Of a DNA stretch of 64,000 nucleotides, positions 36,396 through 49,953 are shown one piece after another. Position 1 is the stretch's first letter, and each line of letters opens with the position of its first letter. This stretch comes from Chrysomallon squamiferum (taxonomy: Eukaryota > Animalia > Mollusca). Below the pieces are notes generated by a model, which saw only the letters and a list, made by a program, of their open reading frames with translations, was not told the origin of the DNA and did no database searches. Made by a program: the position numbers and the translations under genes. The DNA is taken from assembly GCA_012295275.1 (NCBI GenBank), contig CM022677.1:13702001-13766000 (forward strand), read 5' to 3'.

Positions 36396-36824
36396 TTTCA
36401 TGCTTTGTTTCATATAACGTATTACAGAAGAACTGTCGTTTTTCTTCTCAAACTTACGTCACAAGGTTATATTTAGCAAGTTCGTAATTACCTTCAATAG
36501 TTTTTTTTTTTTTTTTTTTTACAAACAAAATCAAATTAATAAATGAATGAATAAATGAGTAGCTTAAATAGCATATTTAAATTCGCACGTTTATTTATTT
36601 ATTTTATCCTTTCATTTATTTATTTATTTGTATATTCCTTTGGCCCTTTGAAGTAAACGGAATTGATATTTTATTTTTATTTTGTGTGTAAATTTTTTCT
36701 TTCCTTTTGTTTGTTTGTTGTTTTGATTCAAAAACCTTTTAATTTTGACCTCCAGTCAGTTGTTTTCAACTGCTATTCTTATCTCTTATTGTTATTTGTT
36801 TATTTATTTATGTATTTATTTATT

Positions 36825-36884
<60 letters not shown>

Positions 36885-36890
36885 TTGTTT
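35450..36890 (+). repeat. Upstream duplicate of the TRIM promoter, first exon and intron start, lacking the RING exon
   Basis: Near-identical to about 40830-42130, including the donor aagacaaag|gtaaga at 35849/35850. Confidence 0.85.
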
Positions 36891-39800
36891 ATTTATTTAT
36901 TTCTTTTTATAATATTTAATCATATCAAAATATACTTTTTTATATAAAAATACATTTGTTTTATTTTCTAAAAACTCCAGAATATGAAATATGTATTATA
37001 ATTTTCTGCAAGTGTAAATACATACATTTAATTCTCTCTGTGTGAAAATGTAAAATTATACAATTTAGAATTTTATGAATATAAATGTGTGAATAAAATG
37101 CCTTTTGTAAACTGTGAATGTGAAAAAATGACTCAATATTTGTTACTGAAATGTACGCAGCAAATTAATAGAAACACATTCCACATATCAGTTCATGTTG
37201 TTTGTTTATTGAGACTACTGAATCAAGACTAATAAAGCGTAATTTTTATATTACTGACTGTCACGCGGATTCCTCTAAGTTGTAAATGTGTATCTGTCTC
37301 GGGCAGATAATAACGAGAACGTTACGACGGCAACGACGGCGGCATTAGCAGAGCTAATAATAATAAATTTTAGTATAAATTAGACATGGAAAGAAAACAA
37401 AAGTGTTAGCGAATAAAAAACCAAAAGGAAGAATCAAGTGTACTGGAATAACGTTAGGAACAACGCCGGCACCACAGCAACGACGGCGACATTAACACAC
37501 CCACACAAACACACACACACACACACACACACACATTTAAAGTGTATATGTGATGTAAATTCATATCATTAAATTTATTATTTTAAATGTTGTTGCTGTT
37601 TTATTGTGTCATAGCTTTTTAAACTTATTTATTTTTCTGTTATTGTTATTATCATACTGTTGTTGTTGTTGTTGTTTGTTGTTGGCGGTGTTGTTAGGTA
37701 CTCAAAAGTAATTTTCAGTTTAGGAAATAAAGGTTGACTACAGTTAACTATAACTGTAAATCGTTTTATCATTACAAACGGTAGAATAATAAAAGTAAAG
37801 ATTTAAAAAAAAACACAACAAACAAGAAAAAAAAAAGAATAAGAACAACAATCTCAATAATAAATATATAACAATAAAACTAAATTTACATAATAAATGT
37901 GACACTTCAGTTCACAGCTGGATTGGTGTGAAAAACATGTACTCTTAAAAAAAGTAGGGAACTCTAATAAGAAATTACAATTGCTAAAACTGTTACCTGC
38001 GGGGAATGGTTATGTGGGAATAGCGAATTACTTGGTCAAACATTACAGCCGGTAGCTCAGTATCTCAGTGGGTTTTACGACTCCAGAGATCTTGAAGGAC
38101 GACTGGGGTGAGAGAACAAATTTGAAATTTGAAATGTGACTATCGCGATGTGAAAGACATTCAGTCAGTCGACAAGGCAAACTGCGTTCGAGTTTGCCAA
38201 TGGCCGTTTGACAGCGTTTGTTCCACTCCTCTTGCATAGGTGTAATAATATATAGCGTTACCAAATTTTCATCAACCAATGACAGTACAATAGAAATCTA
38301 TATTCACTGTGACTATACGTCTTTATTTATTGATTAAGTTGACTATACTGGAATTAATGATGGAAGTGAAATGAGTAAAGATGAATTCATTGACTGATCT
38401 GGCTTGAGAACATATTTTTATGTAAACGAAGGGCCATAACTCTGAAAAGCTTATAAATATCATGGCGAAAAATAGTTGAGGTTCAGTATTAATTAATTGA
38501 AACTTCAGTTGCTGACACAAATGAAGTCCAGTTTTTAAATTTTTGCTGCTTATACAAAATGTTAATTACATTATAAAACATGTTGAAAGTTAAATATTGT
38601 GAGAGAGAAAAAATAATTATTTTAGTAAATCTTTCACAGTGGGTTAAAGTTAGGTGATTTAATATACATTTATCAAAATATGTTTTCTTTAGTTTATTTG
38701 GAAAACATTGTTAAGGTTAGATGAGTGATAGGAAATTATTTGGTTAGATTTACTTCAAAACATCCTTAATTTTATCACACTGTTTCGAGTAAGGTTTATG
38801 CCCAGGGTTAATTTAAATAGTTGAAAAAGCTGCAAGACCTGGAAAATCATATGAGGAGTTTCAGAAGTATGGTTAGCATTTTGGTTAGGGTTTTGGTTAG
38901 GTTTAGGTTAGTCCAACGTTTGTGCAGATTTAAATGTCAGTTAACCTGAAGCGTGTCTTCATTCAGCACAAACTGACAATTTATAGCTTTTTGGTAAAAG
39001 TAAATCAGTTCTGAAAGAGAACGTAGTTTTAACGAAAACCTTCGAAACATTTTTTTTAAATGTTTTGTTTAATATGTAAATATATATTTGTTAAATTGGC
39101 TTGTAAAAAACCCACCAAACAAACAAATAATAAATAAACAAATAAATCAATAAATAAATGAATTAATAGAAAAACAGACAATACGTATGATTTGTGAAGC
39201 TGTACCTGGTGAAATAATATCGCGATCGGAAACTAATATCTTTGTATAACAGGAACACTTCGCTGTTGTTACATCATGGCTGGCCTCGTTGTGAGTAGTA
39301 GTTCCGTCTAGATATTCAGATAGACCACACTGGGATGTTGGCTACACTTTAGTTTACAATGGCAGTCAACTAACATGTTGTCATAGAAAGCTAGATCGCA
39401 TGACGTAATAATAATAATAATAATCATAATAAAAATCATAATAATAATAATAGTGGTAGTAGTAGTTGTAAAACAACTATAATTACTATTACTTTTGTTT
39501 GTATATGTCTATGTTTGTCTTGTGTGTATGTGTGTATTGTGCGTGTATCTGTTTCTGCGTGTTGTGCTTGTATGTGTATATGTGTATGTGTAACTTAAAA
39601 CATCTTCCTTTTCGCTCGAGTATGTTATTCATCGTGATAATGATGTATTTAATAAAGACCCCAAACTATAAAAAGAAAAAAAAAAACACATAAATAAATA
39701 ATATATAATTAATGTCATATACATATATACACACATAATTATAAACAAAGACACATACACACACGTATGTTAAAAAATATGTTTATTTCTTTCTTTTCTT

Positions 39801-40428
39801 AGATGAAAAGGGTCTCTTTATATCTTTTATTATTTGTAATTAGGATTTATATGGACTGAGCGAGATAAATATTAGTACATAAATTTGATTCATCTTATGT
39901 TAATATATGAACTTATTTTCCGCTATTAGATTATTCATACTGGTCTATAGGACGTTGTTGTACTCATGGTTTTCAGATAATATGGTTAAAAAAAAAAACA
40001 TTCATTCACAATATCAAGATGAGAAAAGTGTGACGGTTTTATTCAGAGACACAATTCTCATATATGTACATATGTGAATCAAGAATGATATGAAAGTTAA
40101 CACCTTTCTAACAAATACGTAAGGTAAACAGCAACATCTGTTAAATTAAAATACTTACAAAACAATTGTGTTACGTATATTTGTCAGCTAGTAACACTGC
40201 TGACATAATATTCAATCCTCTTTCAATTCCCTATTTCCAAATATTTGAGAATTGCTCTCTGATTCAAACAGAAATATACTTGCTTGCTTTAGCTAAATAA
40301 TAAAATATATAATATTATAATTTCATGAATTTAATCGTTTCTTTGTTTCTGTCTTTATTTATTTATTTATTTATCTTAAAGAGAATGAAATAAAATTTAT
40401 ATAATAAAGGAATATATATATATTACTA

Positions 40429-40490
<62 letters not shown>

Positions 40491-41099
40491 ATATTAATCT
40501 GTTATTAAAACAATAAATATTTTAAATGTTTCAAATTTACAATATTACTTGTAGTTTGCGTGTATTTGTGATGATTTTAATAAACGTGACACTCCTTTGT
40601 GCACTTGAATGAACATGACATTGTCAAACACTTAAGAAATGCTCTCTCTCATTCATGCATGGAAACAAATAGTATGTGTTTAGATAAGTTAGCTAATGAA
40701 ATATGTATCATAATATACTGAATTATTTAGTTTATAAACCATATATTTATATATGTGTGTGTGTGTTTGTGTTTGTGTGTGTGTACATTCGTACAGTTTA
40801 TTTATATATCTTACGAAAGACTTGAAACCGCCAGTTCACTATTCAAGTTTAAACAAGATTTAATTTTGGCGGCTAAATGTATTATTTTTCTCCGACCTTC
40901 TACAAACCAGTTGCTGTGTCTATTATTACCACAGGTGTGATAGATTGTAACACGCATTTTAAAAATTAATGAACTGCTCTAACTATCTTAAGGTAGTTGT
41001 TACTTTTACTGCTGTTTACTTTAAGAAAAGCATTTAAAACGAACACGATTATTTTTTTTTTCAGGAGAAACAAAAGTGTTCTAGAAAAGTTCAAGGCGT

Positions 41100-41240
41100 C
41101 CACCCATTTATTGAAATTGGTATATTCCACTCACCGAGTGACGTCTGTCAAAACCAACTTCTCCGCCAGCAGACTGACATTGCAGACGAATAGAAGAGAA
41201 CTGTTTGCAGGTGTTAACATTTTCATTTCTTAAGACAAAG
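41100..41240 (+). promoter_or_regulatory. Putative TRIM promoter and non-coding first exon (5' boundary unknown)
   Basis: CpG-containing island with tgacgtc that ends in a strong donor aag|gtaaga at 41240/41241. A matching acceptor ttattcacag ends at 42417, two bases before the ATG. Confidence 0.55.
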
Positions 41241-42105
41241 GTAAGAAGATTTATTATTATTATTATTATTATTATTAATGATTTTTGTTGTTGTTGTTGT
41301 TGTTGTTGTTCTTGTTATTTCGTTAGTGTAAGATATTATAAAATAAAACAGTAATCTAGGTTATTTTCATAATAAAATTTCTGTACAAAATTGTTTAGTG
41401 TTAGAGTGGAGGGTGTGCCTCAGTGGTCAGAGAAAAGCAGAGAAAAATCTGTTGAGTTCGACTTTAATAAAATAATGTTCAGCAGCAATCAGAAATTCAT
41501 TCGTTTACTATGAAATGTTGCGTTCTTATTACACTGAATACATTACTTCTGTGAATGTCACGTTTCTTTCATTGTCTACATTCGAGTTTTAACATGAAAA
41601 TGAGTGAGCTTGGTTACGTAGCATAAGCCGAAATAGTGGTGTGCGAAATTACCTTGCAGCATTCATGGACACGCCACAAATGTTTATTTATTTATTTATT
41701 TATTTCATGCTTTGTTTCATATAACATATTACAGAAGAACTGTCGTTTTCCTTCTCAAACTTACTTCACAAGGTTAAATTTAGCAAGTTTGTAATTCACT
41801 TTAATAGTTCTTTTATTTTTTTACAAACAAAATGAAATTAATAAATGAATAAATAAATGAGTAGCTTAAATAGCATATTTATAATTTTATAATTAAATTC
41901 GCACGTTTGTTTATTTATTTTATCCTTTAATTTATTTATTTATTTGTATATTCCATTGGCCCTTTGAAGTAAACGGATTTGATATTTTATTTTTTATTTT
42001 GTGTGTGAATTTTTTCTTTACTTTTGTTTGTTCGTGGTTTTGATTCAAAAATCTTTTAATTTTGACCTCCACTGCTATTCTTGTTATCTCTTATTGTTAT
42101 TTATT

Positions 42106-42147
<42 letters not shown>

Positions 42148-42222
42148 TAGTTACATTTTTTTCTCTGTATTTTCCTTTTTATCTTCTCTGATTCTTCTAT
42201 GTTGTTGCTGTTGTTATTATTG

Positions 42223-42281
<59 letters not shown>

Positions 42282-42419
42282 TATTTAGTTACATTTTTCT
42301 TTCTCTGTATTTTCCTTTTTATCTTCTCTGATTCTTCTATGTTGTTGCTGTTGTTATTATTGTTATTTATTTATTTATTTATTTATTTATTAATATTATT
42401 GTTATTGTTATTCACAGAG

Positions 42420-42705
42420 ATGGCAACAGCTGCAAACTCTGATGATAATCTTTCGTGCTGCATTTGTGCCGAACTTTTCAAGAAACCGCGAATATTATAT
42501 TGTGGACATTCGTTCTGCAGCAAATGCCTGCAGGACTATATAAGTAAGAATTACAACAACAACGACATACAAATCTCCTGCCCGTTCTGCAGGCAGGATG
42601 TCCACATCTCAGACAGCTCGAAACCAGTGTATACATGGGCAGATCAATTCCCTATAAACCTTTCACTACAGAACGCCGCTAATGATCGGCTACAATCAAA
42701 GTATT
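42420..42705 (+). CDS. TRIM-like E3 ubiquitin ligase, coding exon 1: C3HC4 RING finger
   Basis: MATAANSDDNLSCCICAELFKKPRILYCGHSFCSKCL..ISCPFCR..WADQFPINLSL. Donor gtgagt at 42706 (phase 1) joins in frame to the acceptor acttcag ending at 42977 (..QSKYS-QKGDHM..). Confidence 0.9.
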
Positions 42706-42977
42706 GTGAGTCAGCAGTGTTATGTTTATATTCGTTACAATAAAATACTAAAAAAAGAAAAAATTTAGTGATTGTTTAACTAAAGATATTAACCACCACA
42801 AGCTAAAGAAATAGAGGAAACTTTATTTATGACATTTTTCAACTCAGATTTTTAAAGTAGTTGATCAAATAAATTCTAAAACTTCACATTGTAGGCATAC
42901 CTTTATTAATAATAGTAGTTCTAGTTAATTAATTAATTGACTTATTGATTATTTATGTATTTATTTATTTACTTCAG

Positions 42978-43567
42978 CTCAAAAGGGAGATCACATGTCA
43001 CTTCTGAGTTCTGTTTCTGAGAGTCTCAAAACCTTTAAAGAAATTCTTCAGACAGAGATGGATGATAAGATTGAGCAACTTCGCCAAGCCGTCGACATCA
43101 ACGTCGTGGACACCACAGAAGAGGTCAGAAGGATTGGTAACGCACTAATCACAGATTTTACTGCCGCAGTCCACAAAGAACAAGACAGGTTAATAAGAGA
43201 AATAGAAAAATCTCAGAACTTTGTAAACTCAGAAATAGACAAATTATTCAATCAACACAAACATCTGATTGAGGAAAACAAAAAAATGATAAAATTGGGG
43301 GAAGATTTGCTGACAAGAAAATCAGAGTCAGATATAAAAATTAACATTTCGAAATTCACCAAACTTCAAAACACAACTTCCGAGTTTCTGTCCAAATCTC
43401 GTTCCCAAATAGAAAAAGCAAAGTTTAAAGTAAATCTGATAAAATCTGACAAAAAGGCAGAAATGTCAGTCGACATTGGAGAAATATTCACAAACATCCA
43501 AACAGACACACTCAAACACACAGACAGACAGACACACTCAAACTCACAGACACCATTAACACATTAA
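42978..43567 (+). CDS. TRIM-like gene, coding exon 2, first frame: coiled coil, ending at a premature TAA
   Basis: Heptad-rich helical sequence (LKTFKEILQTEMDDKIEQLRQAV..KEQDRLIREIEKSQ). TAA at 43565-43567 follows a frameshift in (ACAG)3 at 43520-43531. The as-assembled product would be 291 aa. Confidence 0.8.
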
Positions 43568-44325
43568 CACAAGAAGATAAATTAAATCCTATTCCGGATT
43601 ACATGCTGGTGTCAGGTGCAGACAAAAGTAAAATTGTTGTCAGTGATTTTTGCAATGTCTGTGTAAAATGTTTTTGTTTAGAAAGAAAATCACTGATAAA
43701 AAGATACAAAACTTCATCTCAACCATGGGGTCTTGCTGAATCACGTGATCAGCGGGGTGATGTTGTTGTTGTTGTTGCTCTGCCAGGTAAATATAAAATA
43801 TTGTTTTTAAATTTGAAAAACTTCAAACTGATAAAACAAGTTAAAACTGTTAAAAAGTATCACTGTATTGCTGTGTTACCAGGCAACCGTCTCGCGGTCA
43901 CTGAGTACAATCAGTGCTTGGACATACTGAAAGACAGTGGTCAGCTCATTAATTCTATCTCAACAGATTTGATCCCCGAACCGTTGTATCTCACAGTTCA
44001 TGATCAATGTCTGATTGTTGTGTCAAATGATAACAGTTTAGTTTGTGTGACGTCATCCGGTCACGTCAGATGGGAGTCACGTGATTCAGACAAACTGAGA
44101 GACTTGAGAGGTGTTACATGTGACAGAGAGGGAAATATTTTTGTTTGTGATTATGATAGAAATTGTGTTGTTCAGTTGTCACGAGATGGTAACATTACAC
44201 GTGACATCCTCACTGACCAGGATGGACTGTCCGAACCTTGTTCTGTCTGTTGTGATGACAACAAACTCTACGTGGGAGAGAGCTACACTGGGCAAATAAA
44301 AATATTTACATGGTGTAAAAAGTAA
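43528..44325 (+). CDS. TRIM-like gene, coding exon 2, second frame: NHL/6-bladed beta-propeller
   Basis: Frame is open from TDTLKLTDTINTLTQEDKLNPIPDYMLV. NHL-like blades PWGLA, LRGVTCDREGNIFVCDYDRNCVVQLSRDG and DGLSEPCSVCCDDNKLYVGE. TAA at 44323-44325, AATAAA at 44413. Confidence 0.85.
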   Translation, partial: TDTLKLTDTINTLTQEDKLNPIPDYMLVSGADKSKIVVSDFCNVCVKCFCLERKSLIKRYKTSSQPWGLAESRDQRGDVVVVVALPGKYKILFLNLKNFKLIKQVKTVKKYHCIAVLPGNRLAVTEYNQCLDILKDSGQLINSISTDLIPEPLYLTVHDQCLIVVSNDNSLVCVTSSGHVRWESRDSDKLRDLRGVTCDREGNIFVCDYDRNCVVQLSRDGNITRDILTDQDGLSEPCSVCCDDNKLYVGESYTGQIKIFTWCKK

Positions 44326-44653
44326 ACTTCAAACTGTCTGCTAAGTTAATTTCACTTTAACTGTTTTGAAGTTGAAAGTCCACAGACATTTCTTTCTTTA
44401 CATGAATTGATAAATAAACAGATAATTAGTTAAATTATTTATTTACTTATTAATTTAGTTAATTAAGTAATTAATTTAGTTACTTTGTTTAATTTCATTT
44501 CTTTTTTTATTAAATATAATACCTAATTCATCAGTTCGTTATTATTTGTTTTAATTATGATTATTATTCTTAAAGTCTCGTTTAAAAATACTAAATTGCA
44601 AGATAAATTTCAAAACAAAATGTGATTTACTTTTAAATTTTTCACCCAGTTTT

Positions 44654-44725
<72 letters not shown>

Positions 44726-46586
44726 ACACACACACCATCAAAAATAAAATTGGAGAAACAGTCGCACGAACGAAAAGTGCAAATAAAAACATAAAAACAT
44801 AAATAAAATAACGATGTTTTAAAAACATGACTAAATATGAAACTGTATACTGGAGATCTACAGACACGCGTTTTAAACCCGGGTGTTAGGGGTCGTGTTT
44901 CCTCTTCATTTACTGAGTACGTTCAAGTTAGTTTCTGAGCGGGCGCATCACCTATTAAAATATATTATTGTAATTTCTATTACTGTCGCCGTCGTTGCCC
45001 CTAACGTTATTGGTGTTCTCTTTATTCCTTTTCATTTTTTACTCGCTGTTATTCTTATTTTCTGACCGTTCCCGTTTATTAAAATATATGATTATCATCT
45101 CTATTAATTACCATCGTTTACGACGTTGTTCTCAACGTTCTCTGTATTATTTTGCTTTTTATTAACTAGTATTCAAACTTTCTTAGTGTCTATGTTACAA
45201 AATATTATCACTATTTTTATTAATGACGCCGTCGTTGCCGTCGTAGTAGTGTTATTCTTTTGCGCTTTTTATGTCCTCATACTTTATTAGCGGGCACATA
45301 CTACGGTAAAATAAATTAATGCAATTTCTGTTAATGTCGCCGTCATTGCCGTCGTACCAGCGTTGTTCTGAACGTTTTGGTGTATCTATTAATGGGGTGA
45401 TCGTAAAGGGGTTGTTCTTAACTTCTTAGTGTCCGCATCCGATTAAAATGTATTATTAGTTTTTATTAATATCGCCGTTGTTATCGTAATAACGGTGTTG
45501 TTTCTAACGTTATTACTTACTTAGTTATTAATTTAATTATTTATTTACTTCTCTAGTTGTTAAACATAGAAAATAATCTTCTAGACAGGTATATACTATT
45601 CTAACCTATTAATAAATATTATGTTCTGCTTCTAGGACTAATGTTAAATTACTGCTTCAAAAATGTCTTATTTCTATATTAAAAAATCTATCTGAAAAAT
45701 GAAAGAAGCATGAAATTCCACTAGTGTTCATTAAAAAAGTATTTTCAAAAAATCACAAAAACATTATTAAAAATATGGGGAAATATTTCTATGCACAGTG
45801 GCAGCAATGACAGACTTTCACTGGAATTGTCTCATTTATCTATGAGAAATGTTTTTATTTTTACTATATGAATCAAAGAAAAATGTCAACATGAAAACAT
45901 TAATGAAATATACATATTTATATAATCTGTTCATTCTTTGAGTGTTTGAATGAAAATAAAATATCTCATTCAGCTGTCTCTCTCATTCACTTAGCTGTCT
46001 TTATAACTTGTCTCTGTCTCATTTGTATCTCTAACTTGTCTCAGTCTAATTCAGTTGTCTCTGTCATTTGTCTCTGCCTCATTAACTTGTTTCTATCTAT
46101 CTCTCTTTATAATTATTTTATTTATTTGTTGTATTTACTGTTTATTATTAATTATTATTTAAGTTTTGTTTTTGTTTTTGCTTTTGGTTGGATATAGTTA
46201 GAAATTAAAGTGAAAAACAGAGCTAGAAGTGACATCACTGTATTTCAAACTCAATGTGCAGCCAAGTTAACTAAATTTTCAGCATAATCAAAACAGTCTT
46301 AAATTCCACCATAACTTAAGACAACGTTGGACTATTGACATCTATAGTTTGTTAATCAAATGGTTTGTTAGAATGAGTGAAAATAAATATCAGATTTGTG
46401 GTTATTAGTAACTTAATTTTCACTACTAACAGATTTTGTAAAAAATATTTGATTATTGTTACTTCACTTAATATTTTATGAAGAGAGAATAAAAAGTACA
46501 ATTCACACCAGCTATTTCTAGAGAGAATTCATTGAAATAAAGTATTATTTTTATTTTATTATAATTATTATCTTCTATAATACGTA

Positions 46587-46786
46587 NNNNNNNNNNNNNN
46601 NNNNNNNNNNNNNNNNNNNNNNNNNNNNNNNNNNNNNNNNNNNNNNNNNNNNNNNNNNNNNNNNNNNNNNNNNNNNNNNNNNNNNNNNNNNNNNNNNNNN
46701 NNNNNNNNNNNNNNNNNNNNNNNNNNNNNNNNNNNNNNNNNNNNNNNNNNNNNNNNNNNNNNNNNNNNNNNNNNNNNNNNNNNNNN
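46587..46786. other. Scaffold gap (200 N)
   Basis: Run of 200 N. Confidence 1.
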
Positions 46787-46986
46787 CTGTCTGAGATGTG
46801 GACATCCTGCCTGCAGAACGGGCAGGAGATTTGTATGTCGTTGTTGTTGTAATTCTTACTTATATATAGTCCTGCAGGCATTTGCTGCAGAACGAATATC
46901 CCACAATATAATATTCGCGGTTTCTTAAAAAGTTCGGCACAAATGCAGCACGAAAGATTATCATCAGAGTTTGCAGCTGTTGCCAT
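46787..46986 (-). pseudogene. Second copy of the RING exon, truncated by the gap, with compensating +1/+2 indels
   Basis: ATG at 46986-46984. Reads ..ILYCGIFVLQQMPAGLYISKNY.. instead of ..ILYCGHSFCSKCLQDYISKNY.. Confidence 0.8.
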
Positions 46987-47124
46987 ATCTGTGAATAACA
47001 ATAACAATAATATTAATAAATAAATAAATAAATAAATAACAATAATAACAACAGCAACAACATAGAAGAATAAGAGAAGATAAAAAGGAAAATACAGAGA
47101 AAGAAAAATGTAACTAAATAATAG

Positions 47125-47155
<31 letters not shown>

Positions 47156-47276
47156 AATAAATAAATAACAATAATAACAACAGCAACAACATAGAAGAAT
47201 CAGAGAAGATAAAAGGAAAATACAGAAAAAATGTAACTAAATAATAATATAATAATAATAATAATAATTAAACAAA

Positions 47277-47307
<31 letters not shown>

Positions 47308-48119
47308 CAATAAGAGATAACAAGAATAGCAGTGGAGGTCAAAATTAAAAGATTTTTGAATCAAAACCACGAACAAACAAAAGTAAAGAAAAAATTCACA
47401 CACAAAATAAAAATAAAATATCAATTCCGTTTACTTCAAAGGGCCAACGGAATATACAAATAAATAAATAAATTAAAGGATAAAATAAATAAACAAACGT
47501 GCGAATTTAATTATAAAATTATAAATATGCTATTTAAGCTACTCATTTATTTATTCATTTATTAATTTCATTTTGTTTGTAAAAAAATAAAAGAACTATT
47601 AAAGTGAATTACAAACTTGCTAAATTTAACCTTGTGAAGTAAGTTTGAGAAGGAAAACGACAGTTCTTCTGTAATATGTTATATGAAACAAAGCATGAAA
47701 TAAATAAATAAATAAATAAACATTTGTGACGTGTCCATGAATGCTGCAAGGTAATTTCGCACACCACTATTTCGGCCTATGCTACGTAACCAAGCTCACT
47801 CATTTTCATGGTAAAACTCGAATGTTGACAATGAAAGAAACGTGACATTCACAGAAGTAATGTATTCAGTGTAATAAGAACGCAACATTTCATAGTAAAC
47901 GAATGAATTTCTGATTGCTGCTGAACATTATTTTATTAAAGTCGAACTCAACAGATTTTTCTCTGCTTTTCTCTGACCACTGAGGCACACCCTCCACTCT
48001 AACACTAAACAATTTTGTACAGAAATTTTATTATGAAAATAACCTAGATTACTTTTTATTTTATAATATCTTACACTAACGAAATAACAAGAACAACAAC
48101 AACAAAAACAATAAAAAAA

Positions 48120-48153
<34 letters not shown>

Positions 48154-48913
48154 CTTCTTACCTTTGTCTTAAGAAATGAAAATGTTAACACCTGCAAACA
48201 GTTCTCTTCTATTCGTCTGCAATGTCAGTCTGCTGGCGGAGAAGTCGGTTTTGACAGACGTCACTGGGTGAGTGGAATATACCAATTTCAATAAAGGGGT
48301 GGACGCCTTGAACTTTTCTAGAACACTTTTGTTTCTTCTGAAAAAAAAAATAATCGTGTTCGTTTTAAATGCTTTTCTTAAAGTAAACAGCAGTAAAAGT
48401 AACAACTACCTTAACATAGTTAGAGCAGTTCATTAATTTTTAAAATGCGTGTTACAGTCTATCACACATGTGGTAATAATAGACACAGCAACAGGTTTGT
48501 AGAAGGTCGGAGAAAAATAATACATTTAGCCGCCAAAATTTTATCGTGTTTAAACTTGAATAGTGAACTGGCGGTTTCAAGTCTTTCGTAAGATATATAA
48601 ATAAACTGTACGAATGTACACACACACAAACACAAACACACACACACATATATAAATATATGGTTTATAAACTAAATAATTCAGTATATTATGATACATA
48701 TTTCATTAGCTAACTTATCTAAACACATACTATTTGTTTCCATGCATGAATGAGAGAGAGCATTTCTTAAGTGTTTGACAATGTCATGTTCATTCAAGTG
48801 CACAAAGGAGTGTCACGTTTATTAAAATTATCACAAATACACGCAAACTACAAGTAATATTGTAAATTTGAAACATTTAAAATATTTATTATTTTAATAA
48901 CAGAGATTAATAT

Positions 48914-48981
<68 letters not shown>

Positions 48982-49922
48982 TAGTAATATATATATATTC
49001 CTTTATTATATAAATTTTATTTCATTCTCTTTAAGATAAATAAATAAATAAATAAAGACAGAAACAAAGAAACGATTAAATTCATGAAATTATAATATTA
49101 TATATTTTATTATTTAGCTAAAGCAAGCAAGTATATTTCTGTTTGAATCAGAGAGCAATTATTTGGAAATAGGGAATTGAAAGAGGATTGAATATTATGT
49201 CAGCAGTGTTACTAGCTGACAAATATACGTAACACAATTGTTTTGTAAGTATTTTAATTTAACACATGTTGCAGTTTACCTTACGTATTTGTTAGAAAGG
49301 TGTTAACTTTCATATCATTCTTGATTCACATATGTACATATATGAGAATAGTGTCTCTGAATAAAACCGTCACACTTTTGTCATCTTGTTGATGATATTG
49401 TGAATGAATGTTTTTTTTAACCATATTATCTGAAAACCATGAGTACAACAACGTCCTATAGACCAGTATGAATAATCTAATAGCGGAAAATAAGTTCATA
49501 TATTAACATAAGATGAATCAAATTTATGTACTAATATTTATCTCGCTCAGTCCATATAAATCCTAACCTACAAATAAAAGATATAAAGAGACCCTTTTCA
49601 TCTAAGAAAAGAAAGAAATAAACATATTTTTTAACATACGTGTGTGTATGTGTCTTTGTTTATAATTATGTGTGTATATATGTATATGACATTAATTATA
49701 TATTATTTATTTATGTGTTTTTTTTTTTATTTTTTTTATTAAATACATCATTATCACGATGAATAACATACTCGAGCGAAAAGGAAGATGTTTTAGTTAA
49801 CATACACATCATTACACAGATGAATACACACATACACACAAGACAAAAAGACAAACATAATACAAACAAAAGTAATTATAGTTGTTTTACTACTACTACT
49901 ACCATTATTATTATTATTATGA

Positions 49923-49953
<31 letters not shown>

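Noticed and set aside
38043-38279. 78-aa ORF apparently conserved at 51043-51279
   Set aside because: The conservation only reflects the recent inverted duplication. The third copy at 62.3 kb breaks this frame, and substitutions favour the opposite strand.
38870-38912. Interstitial telomere (ggttagggtt/ttagg words; also taacc words at 10730-10800)
   Set aside because: Only scattered degenerate units, with no tandem TTAGGG array.
40997-41233. 78-aa ORF repeated at 48169-48405
   Set aside because: Non-ATG start over the putative promoter/5'UTR, and duplicated only as part of the arm.
42706-42743. CESAVLC read-through after the RING as a B-box start
   Set aside because: It lies after a strong gtgagt donor whose phase matches the next exon, and it stops at 42743.
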